From positions 1,004,824-1,068,823 of the forward strand of contig NW_015163615.1 in the NCBI RefSeq assembly GCF_001447785.1: DNA of 64,000 nt. Direction: 5' to 3'. The stretch comes from Gekko japonicus (Eukaryota). Position 1 is the stretch's first letter, and every line of letters starts with the position of its first letter. Position numbers and translations under genes: made by a program. Shown here in pieces: positions 46,701 to 64,000 of this stretch. Below the pieces are notes generated by a model. That model ran no database searches, was not told where the DNA came from, and worked only from the letters and a program-made list of their open reading frames with translations.

Positions 46701-47493
46701 TAATATCGACCTAGAACAATGGGAAGAAAAACATAAAAATTACAAAGGCTATAGCTTATAAAGAAAATATGTATAAAATATTCTATAGGTGGTGTATAAC
46801 ACCAGAAAGGTTAGCGAAATATGATAACAAATGTTCAAATAAGTGTTGGAAATGTGAAAAGAAGGTGGGTTCATTTTACCATATGTGGTGGCACTGTGAA
46901 GTGAGTAAAAAATACTGGGCATGGATTCATGAATTATTGCAAAAGGTGTTAGGTATAGCTATTCCATTTATACCTGAAGTGTTATTACTAAATATTTTAC
47001 CAAAAGATTTTAGTAAAGATGATCACTATCTTATTGTATATATAACTACTGCAGCCAGAATCTTATATGCTAAATACTGGAAGACATCGGAGACACTTAA
47101 GAAACAAGAATTTATAAATAAAGTCTTGGAGACAGCTGAAATGGACAAATTGACTTTATTGATGAAGGGTCTTCCGGACTCTACATTCCAGAACACTTGG
47201 TTACGATTTTATAGCTGGTATAATAATTATATGTAGGCAGAAATAATTAAAAGACAAAGTACAAGAAAACAAAGATTATTTAACCCAACAAGGTAGAAAT
47301 GTAATGACATTTACTCACAGTAAATAATTGCAGAAAATAATGTTAGTAATTAGGCACAAGAATTATAATAACTATGAAGATTCATTACCCCCATGTATGT
47401 TTTGTATGTATGTGTTAATGTTTGTTTGTTAAGTTTGTATTGTATTTGGATGAAAAAACCTAATAAAATTCTGCCCCTTTGGGAAGTTAAAAA
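43706..47493 (+). mobile_element. L1-clade LINE with 5' UTR, broken ORF1 and internally deleted ORF2, inserted in an old L2
   Basis: ORF1 coiled coil and LRFQNMPE/LPREVQIRF; RT motifs FLDAEKDFD, GTRQGCPLSPLLF and (FV)DD; C-terminal CWKC..HMWWHC; TSD AATAAACTATG (43695, 47494). Confidence 0.9.
45956..46273. other. Assembly gap (318 N) within the L1
   Basis: N run. Confidence 1.
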
Positions 47494-48185
47494 AATAAAC
47501 TATGTTCCATTCTTGAGTCAGGTGACCTGGCTAAACCAATCCAAGCATCGAAAACTCCCTTCCTGTAACAACTTGAAAGCTTCAGTAGTACAAGATTAGC
47601 CTGTTTGTTGTCTGAGTCTAGCCAGTATGTTTGCATTATGCCACTACTGGAGCAGCTATATTGTCTAGCAATTTGGTTCTGGGCTTAATTCAAGTTGCTG
47701 GTGCTACCTCTAAAGCCCTTCAAGGCCTAGGATGTGCATATCTGAAGGGTCCTCTTCCAGCTGAGCTCAGCAGCTCCCCTAATACGGCAAGGCAGGATAT
47801 AAATAGAAATAATAAATAAATGACACACTAGTTTTCCCTCATTGTTCCCACCCTCTAAAATAGGCTCCTGGAGGATTTGGAGAACCATGTCTACTGCAGC
47901 ATTTCAGAGGGCATATGGGGCGCATAGCTTAAGGGGTACAACTGCAGGCTATGGCCACTACATGAGCCTTCAGATGTAAGACAAGATGCACCTCACCCCC
48001 AAATTGTGAGCCTGAGTTTTCAAGGAAAGCACAACCTCATCCAACAGAGGTTGAGCACCTACCTCCAGACTGAACAAATCCAACTATTTGTACCTTGTCT
48101 TGATTTTGTTAATTTGCTCTCATCCAGTCCAGCACCGACCCCCCTTTGCACCCGATGAAAAGGCAAGACAGCTGAGTGTCATCAG

Positions 48186-48387
48186 CAACACCCCCTCTAA
48201 GCTGTGGAGTCTTGTGAGCTAAAATTCTACCTTGTGAGCTGCTGGCATTCAAGTTGTTAGCGAGTGATTTGGCTACTGCATAGTTTGCTCTGTAGCCATC
48301 CTTCCTGAATGAAGACATAAATGTGTGAGCTGGAGGCTAAAAAACCTGTGAGCTAGCTCACACTAACTCAGTTTAGAGGGAACACTG
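48186..48387. mobile_element. hAT MITE, same family as 35234
   Basis: 8-bp TSD GTCATCAG; collinear with 35234-35439. Confidence 0.85.
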
Positions 48388-48517
48388 GTCATCAGTACAA
48401 TGATGAACTGCACTCCAAATCCCACTCAGCAGTTTCAAAAATAACTCAGTTTAGAGGGAATACTGGTCATCAGTACAATGATGAACTACACTCCAAATCC
48501 CACTCAGCAGTTTCAAA
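48364..48517. repeat. 78-bp tandem duplication including the hAT right end
   Basis: TAACTCAGTTTAGAGGGAA..CTGGTCATCAG...CAGTTTCAAA twice. Confidence 0.9.
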
Positions 48518-48776
48518 TAGATTTTGATCAGTATGAAATATGAAACCTTGCAGTGTCTCACAAACCAAAGGCCATGGGGAGGAGCAGCAGTCTCTTCATA
48601 ACATCTTCTACATCCACTGCAGAGCAGTACCTCCCAATCTCATTTTGAAAAGGCAATCCAGAAGAATGTCATGGGTGATACTGACAGTCACAGAGACCCA
48701 GTAAACCAACACACTTTTCCTATTGTTTGCTAGGGTAACCAAGGCAGTCCCCATTTCAAAGGGCACAAACCAAAGG

Positions 48777-49047
48777 CGATTGGATTTATACCCTTGCCCT
48801 TCACTACCCAAAGGAGTCTTAGAGCAGTTTACAAACTCCTTTCCCTTCCCCTCCCCACAACAGACACCCTGTGAGGTAGGTGGGGCTGAGAGAGCTCTTG
48901 ACAGAAACTGCTCTGTTTCAAGAACAGCTCTTATCAGAACTATGGCTTGCCCAAGGTCATCCAGCCAGGTGCAAGTGGAGGAGTGGGGAATCAAACCCAG
49001 TTCTCCCAGATTAGAGTCCGTGCACTTAACCACTACACCAAACTGGC
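48777..49047 (-). mobile_element. Squam3-like tRNA SINE
   Basis: Same family as the 19264 and 22825 copies. Confidence 0.85.
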
Positions 49048-51110
49048 ACCATGGATTACCCTTGCTTTCTTAATTCCATAAAGATTACAGGCCACCAGCC
49101 TCCTCTGCAGAAATAAAGTTGTTGTAATAAGGCTACGTTTAACAGCTTGGTGAGCATGTTTGAGGGGGACAAATCTTTCAGGAAGAACAAGCAGAAATAG
49201 CAGTCCACGCCAGTGCAATCCACTCCTTTTTTATTTTTTTCTTTATACAGTAAAGCCAGCCACTTACAAAGTGCTAGTCTAAAAACAGGTTTTGACACTA
49301 TACAGAATGTACACACCAGCTAGGATCCCGCCTGGTCAGAGTCAAAGCCCGGTTCCTAACACCATCTTTACAGCATTTAGAAGATTCTCAGGAGCCCACA
49401 AACATGTGCTCAATCCAACCATACTAAGAACAGGAAAAAAAGGTTCCTGGTTCAGTATGGAGCAGAGATATAGAGTTTACATTAAATTGCTCCTTACTTT
49501 TAAATATGTTTCCTTATCTCTCAAAAAGTTACATTCCAAAAGAATACATAACCCCAGAAAAACAGGAAAAAACAAACAGGGGAAACACAGTGCAGTGCTA
49601 CAATTGAACTTAGCCTTTAAATAATTCCAAACCCACCCAACCCCATCTGTAGATTGCAGGGGGAAAATATCCAGTCAAGGTAAAACCTCAAACCAACATT
49701 AAAACCCAGAAGCATCAGTAACTGAACCAAACAACTCAAATCTCAGTGTTTTATAAGGACCATTCTGCAGACCTATATAGTAATCAAGGGAGGATTGTCA
49801 GTAAGCAGAATGTAGCAGGCAATAAGGAGGACTCTGCTAAAAAAAACTACAGTGAACGGGCACTCAGTTCTGCTAAAATGGCAAGTGGGCTGGCTATGTA
49901 ATTGGTAGAATTTGTCTAGAACCAGTTTGGGATACAGAGCATTTCCCAGTCTGTTGAAGGGTAATCTAATGCTGGGAAAGGGTTTAGAGCATAAAATGTA
50001 ACACCATCCCTGCAGAGATGCTGAGACTGGCTTCAAATGGCAAGTGTACCATAGTTATTTGTAAGTGTGCTTCTGCAGAGTAACTACAAATGTTCATTCT
50101 CCTTCAAAGCTCTTGTTTTATAAACTATTTGGAGAGGTATAATTGCAGTGTCTATCCAAATACACAGGGGCTTAGAAAAGAAGAGGCAAATGGCAATGAG
50201 GAGACCAGGAACAGTTCCTGCCATCTCTGTACAAGGAAACGTGTCTTAATGGATTGGAAGGGGGCAGCCGCATGGATACTCCCAAGTCTCTTGTTACTAG
50301 AATGGGAGACAAATCACTGAACATCTATTCCTGTGTAGACTTGATGATACATAGGGCCTTAAAGCTTAAGTGGTGTTGCTGAAAAAAATCTTTGCATGAA
50401 GAGAGTTGGCGATCATTCCCCTAAAATTCCTGTGATAAAATGTTTCAGTTCCCTAGTGAGTCCCAAGGAGAAAGAAACAGAATAAAACCTTCACACTGCA
50501 GTATGGTAATTACCATTTAAACACAACTAAGAAAGATTTGGTTGGGCTGCTAAAGAATGTTCAAGACACCCATAGGATTGGTGTGAGCAGATCTTGGGAA
50601 TTAAATGTAGCCACAACAGTATTTACAAGAACTGTTTTAGCAGCACTCTAGTATCCCAGATGGGTTGAGAAAATGGGCCTAAAATATCAGCAGGCACTTC
50701 TGCAGTGCTCCTGATACCACACAGCCCATGCATCTTTCACAATACACATGGTTCCTCAGCTGAAGTATATTTACAGCCAAGGTTTTGAATGTCTTCTTGC
50801 CATGTGGCTTAGGCACCTGTTCCTTAACATGCACGGTTCCAGCCACACAGCATAACATCTGGTTCCATACAGTTTTGGCTTGCAGTAACACTTTATTGAA
50901 GGGTGAAGGTAAAATTTATTTCAAGAGCTTTTAAATTATAATGTAATCAGAGTTGTAATTTTATTGCTTCCCCTATGCTATTGTCACTGCTCACTGAGCA
51001 CTCCTATACTGGACTTTCCATTTTGAGTTGTACACATGGAGCAGTTCTCAGATGCTTCAGTTGCATTTTCAAATGAGCAATATGATTGCTTCAAACACTG
51101 CCAGGTAGGC

Positions 51111-58869
<7,759 letters not shown>

Positions 58870-61800
58870 CTGCATGAGGAATAAACAAGTTGGCAATTTC
58901 AGATTCCAATATACCTGCCTAGAGAGCACCGCACCAGTCCTAAATACTTCCACCTGGGGAAAGCATATACTGTATAACACAAGCACTGTCCTCCTTTGGT
59001 TTGCAAACGTCATACCTGCATGAGGAATAAACAAATTGGCAATTTCAGATTCCAGTATACCGCACCAGTCCTAAATACTTTCACCTGGGGAAAGCATATA
59101 CTATATAACATTAATGTTTGAGAACCTTTTCACATCACAGCTCTTACCACAGCAGCATGACCAAGTGGATCACCTCCTCTTCCATGTGCTCTAATCTTAC
59201 TCTAACCTGGCCATATATCCAGTTTATTTACAAACTACCTAAAATCATCAGGGGCTGTGTAACAATTTTGAAGAGTCATGGGGCCTGGCCTGAATATTGA
59301 AAATTTAAGATGATCTATCTATGCTTGCACAATTAGGCCAGTGATGACTACATTTACTGCTTGATTAATCACTTACTATGATTTATGTATTATCATTTTA
59401 AGGAAAGTATAATGCACCAACTCCTTTTACTCTTGCTGTTGCTCCTCTATTAGCCCTACCCACAAACCCTGACAATCTACAGATTTTCAAAAGCACCAGA
59501 GAAAGATCATTTTAAATTAGTAATAAAAGGGGTCTAAGAATGTTAATTTGAGACAATGACGAACACAGAGGGTTCACGGGCATCTATTAGACAAACCTTA
59601 CAACTGGAGCCCTGAAGAGACTAGTCATGCAGGCCGGCCTCTACCATGCTGCAAGATTTCTGTAAATTCTTTCTCACTGTTGCTAACATAAAAATTCTTT
59701 CTTTATTTTGTGTGAAATTAATTGCAGGCAGCTTTGTAGGCTAGATGTCACTAAAATATATATTTAGCACTGGAAAGCCTCAGGAGGTAATTTTAAGAGC
59801 CAGGATGAACAGTTTAAAGGATGCACAAAAATCTAAAGGTCCAGAGGAAGGGAGAGAAGAAAGAAAAGAGCAGTGGAGGATGGAAAGGCAGATAAGAAGA
59901 CGCATAGACAGAGGGAAAGACCTGCAAGTCTCTTCTAGGGTAAAGGAGGAGTTGAATATGCGTTTGTCAGCAACACTTTCTAACGCCAGGAGAAAATAAA
60001 CTGACAGGCTAGAATATCTGCACTACTGCCCAACGCAAGCTTCCCCGCTGCTTCTCTTCTCTTCCCTACCCCACCAAGCCATGCATGGTATCAAAGCCCC
60101 TCCCCATTAAGTAAAATTCTTCACATATTAGTAGTTAGGATTAACAGTCAAGTATTTTCAGTAGATATGCTTTGTTGTGTTCACTCACCACTTCCCTGGA
60201 GGGCAAGGCATAGGCATTACATCTACCTGGGCTATTTAACAGGAAATCCATTCCACACAGTGAAAGTGACAGAGCACTTGTATGATGAAATGCATGACAC
60301 TTGCATCCGGGGTGTGTGTGTGATCAGAGAAATATTCCATTTGCTGGACCTTAGCATTAAAATTCTGGTGCCTTGTCCCCAAGACAGATTTTACTAGTCC
60401 AATCAATACTATATAAGCAGCTTCACAAATTACATAACTAATACATACACAACTAACACCCCAAGAATCCTAAACATAAAACTGTTGATATGGTAGTTTG
60501 GCTATATGGTGCTCAGAGGCCACTGACCCACAAACAGAAAGGAATGATGAGTTAAACTACTGCCATGATTGCAACTAAAGCCACTGGCAATCCCCACAGT
60601 TACTACACGGATTACTATCCCCAATGCATGGTTATTTGTGAGATCATATTCAAGATTTTTAATCTAGGTATAGAGCACAGGAGCAGTTCTGATCATGAAC
60701 TTTCAAATGGGAAATACTTCCATCAGTATAGACTTCCCATGGATGAACTAAATGTTCAGCTATCAGTTAAACAAGCTCAATGGGTAACACCTGTCACTAA
60801 ATGGCATTTCCTCTTGCATAACCTGTACAGAAATTTCTATTGGCAAGATAGTCCTACTTTATTTTCTATTGAAATCTGAGAGAACTGCCAAATAAATAAG
60901 TAATACCCAGGACTCGGTTTGCAAACTGTACCTAATCTTTCTCCAAAGTCTATAACTAGCCCTTGCATTTTTCTGGCACTCCTCTGTGACCTTTTCCACA
61001 TGGGTTACTTAGCCCAGGTCAGATGCTGGTTTTGCTGCTTCCCCACAGCACCATGGGGCACATGTTCCCCTCCCAGGGTTTCCCAAAGCTGATTTGTTGT
61101 GAAGGTTTGGGAAAGATCACAGCAAAACTGCTTGTGTGGAATCAAAAAAATCCACATCTTCTCAACTAGGTGACAGCCATTTTCCCTTCCCTTGTCTCTG
61201 TGGTGGCCACTCTCCCACACACTGCAGAGTAGCTTTTGAAGGTTTTTAAAATTTAAGTTTACATTTTCAATACCCCAACACAGCATGCCTCTATGGCAAT
61301 TACCAGATTAAGGGAATCCTTGAAAAGGACCCCCCCCCCTCCCCGTGGGATGCGTTGGGGGAAATGTGGGGAGGGAAATAAAGAGAAATGCAGCAGCTGG
61401 AAGCCTGTTGCTACTGTGCTGCACTGGCAGCCACAACAACATGGCTTCCAAAGGAAAGAGCTGGTGTGTTGAACAGCTACAGCTCATAATTCCAACAATA
61501 TTAAAACTGAGGTTGTTTTGAACTGTGCCTTCGTTAGGTGCTTCTTAACCCAGCCCCAATTAAATGGAGCTGTGAACTGCACTGGCAATGACTGTAGAGG
61601 TGGAATTCATACTTCCTACTTCAAAAGCAAACAGATAGCAGCAAATCAGGACTTTCCCTTAGGGCAAAGGGCAGAATCATTCAAAACCTCTTTGTTTCAG
61701 TACATACAACCTTTAACGAAGCAACATTCCCAGGGTCAAACTATATCCTTATTTCAAGCTGTTCTTTCCACATAAAGAATCAAAAACAAGTTGTTTCCAG

Positions 61801-63779
61801 AAACAGAACAAAAGGACAACAGTAGCCTATTAGATCAACTATGAGACTGGGTTGAAAATTCCCTAAGCCATTAAATCTTCCACCAGTTCTGAGCACTTCA
61901 GAACAGATCAGAGAAAAAGAGAGGGGGGACAAGAACAAAGTGGTTCACATGAGAATATAGGTTATTTGTTGCTGAAGTTTCACATATTTCTGTACATTAA
62001 AGGTGACCTGCAAACCAGTTTGGCAAAGTTTTGTCAAATTTAAAGTATGTAAATATATATATATGAATGCCCCCATTACCCAGGCTAAGAGAACAGAGGC
62101 TCTCAAACATATTCAATTTCTCAGGCTTCATGAGCCAAAACCAATTGGAAAGAAAAACACCCAAGAAAAATCCCACCCAGCAAAGATTTTTTGTACTTGT
62201 GCAGCATAATTTGAGAGACACTCACCTGACCCCTTGCAGGCTGGCTCCATGCTCCAGCAGGATTCTGGGTGATGTGACATCACCATCATGGTGTATGCTG
62301 GGGGCTTACATCGGAGCAGGAGCCTAGTGGGGCTGGACATCATGGGACCTAAGGAAAAAAGATAGTAAGTGTCTGGGCTGTGTGCTGAATGCTCCTTTTA
62401 GTTTAGCCTCAAGTAAGAGGGGCATTCAGCATAAGCAACCCACATTGATGTCATTTTTGTCAGATTGATTTGCAGATCACCTTTATTACAATATGTTCAC
62501 TGACCTTTCAGTAAGGTGAACACTCTTCTTTAGATCTGCTGACCCAAGCATCAGCATTCCTAATTTGTGTTTTTGTACGCATCCTAAATCAACTACCTGC
62601 AGCTGAGAACATCTGCCAGGTTCATACCAATCTTCTGATAACTGACCACTAAGCATGAGAAGAACCCAATGGGAGATTACAGCATCACTAACCGCTAATA
62701 ACTAATTTCTGCTAGCAGCAAGGTAACTGGGGGAAGAAAACATCTTTGGAAGCTAGACAGTGTCACAAGCCACACAGAAAGTAAAATGAATTCATACAAG
62801 GATTCATTACATATTAAGAATCACCTTGTTAAAATGGACTGCTATAAAACAGGACATAATTCACTTTCATTTGCAGTTTTCCTCAGTTTACTATTGCTTG
62901 TTTACCAACTAATACCATTTAAAAGAACTCCTCTGCCACAAAATTACTCTTGTTTACCACCAAGGTAAATAACTGTGTCTATTTCGTTACCTCACAACAA
63001 CCGTAACTGCTGATAGAGATAGATATGTAGTATCTCCATTATACCACTTGGGGAAAAACTGTTTCAACTGCATATACTGCCTCAGTTTAGCTATCATGAT
63101 TAAGCAAACTGAATTACGGTTTATGGCAATGTTTGACTTGCCAAACCATGGTTTGGAAATGGCTGGGAAACCAGAATCAGGAGTCACTGTTCATGCCAAC
63201 CAAGATAATAGAATTGACAGAGTTATTGCTATTGCATTTCTGGATGCCTCTGCACTTAGAGATGGAAGTGCTGCTGAATACATGGACAATTAAGGACTAG
63301 CAGCTTCAAACCACAATTTGCCTATATATATGGAATCTCATACCACGGCTTGGGTAGCATCCAAATTTATAAGAGATGAAGCAACACCGTTACAAAATAA
63401 GGCCTTTGGTCTCTTCATTCAGCTGTTGATCAAAGCCACACCTTGAAGTGTCAGCACCTCTAGTTTAAGCTGTGAGAATTTAAAAAGCACACATCAAGAA
63501 AGCTTTCAGCAAATATTTCAAACAGACTAAGATGATATACACTCAGTTCTGTTTAAAAAACTTAAATTCCCATAATTATGAACTCTTTGACCATCATAAA
63601 AGGGACAACTACAGCAAGTTATTGGAGAGCACCTTTCAGAAACAAGTACTATTCTACATTCTTTCAGCCTCTGAAGTACATAAAGTTAGACAAATAATCT
63701 GTATAAACTAATTCTGCAAAAGCTTGTGTGTGTGGGTGTGAGAGAAATATCCAGACAACCATTTTGGCAAATAATGAGG

Positions 63780-63993
63780 ACGACAGGAAGAGATTAGTCA
63801 GTACTTGCCTCTACTTTCCAGGGAAATGCTGATTGCCACTTCCTCCAGGCTAGATTGGCCAGGGATCCTGGAGGTTTTTTGCCATTTTCTGTGCATAGAC
63901 CAGGGGTCACTGGGGCAGTAGTTGTGAATTTCCTGCATTGTGCAGAGGGCTGGACTAGATGACCCTAGAAATCCCTTCCAGCGTTATGTTCCT
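63780..63993 (+). mobile_element. CR1 3' end fragment
   Basis: GGACTAGATGACCCT...CCCTTCCAGC.TTATGTTCC terminal motif. Confidence 0.7.
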
Positions 63994-64000
63994 ATTTTTT

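Noticed and set aside
48398-48517. C/D-box snoRNA (ATGATGA motifs)
   Set aside because: No suitably placed D box or terminal stem; explained by the tandem duplication.
62128-62343. ORF ending MEPACKGSG as the USP4 'ACNGS' exon
   Set aside because: The true exon is at 57937-57849, and order and phase do not fit; kept only as a poison-exon candidate.
62987-63187. Possible upstream USP4 exon (GAG|gtaac donor)
   Set aside because: No frame resembles the expected VYNHRFHKIF...DDIFV exon, which appears to lie outside the window.

Overview
Vertebrate (squamate reptile, probably a gecko, judged from its SINE/LINE repertoire) genomic DNA with four spliced genes. From left to right: the 5' part of FANCD2 (minus strand, 11 coding exons, continuing off the left edge); a complete EMC3/TMEM111 (plus strand, 8 coding exons, 261 aa), head-to-head with FANCD2 on a very compact CpG-rich promoter near 18.5 kb; a C3orf62 orthologue (minus strand, tail-to-tail with EMC3); and the last nine coding exons of USP4 (minus strand). 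Exons were mapped by hand from GT-AG sites, reading-frame phase and recalled similarity to the human proteins. Introns carry many transposons: L1-like, L2, CR1 and BovB LINEs, Sauria-, Squam3- and 5S-type SINEs, a solo LTR, hAT/Harbinger/Tc1-type MITEs, non-autonomous Helitrons and a Penelope-type palindrome. The most notable oddities are a tandem duplication of a USP4 splice acceptor (possible recursive splice site), a candidate USP4 poison exon, a CpG-rich chimeric SINE, a structured Helitron family, EMC3 uORFs and a candidate extra first coding exon for C3orf62. Two N gaps are present. Most short ORFs in the supplied track are spurious. TE family names are from recalled consensus features, not database searches.
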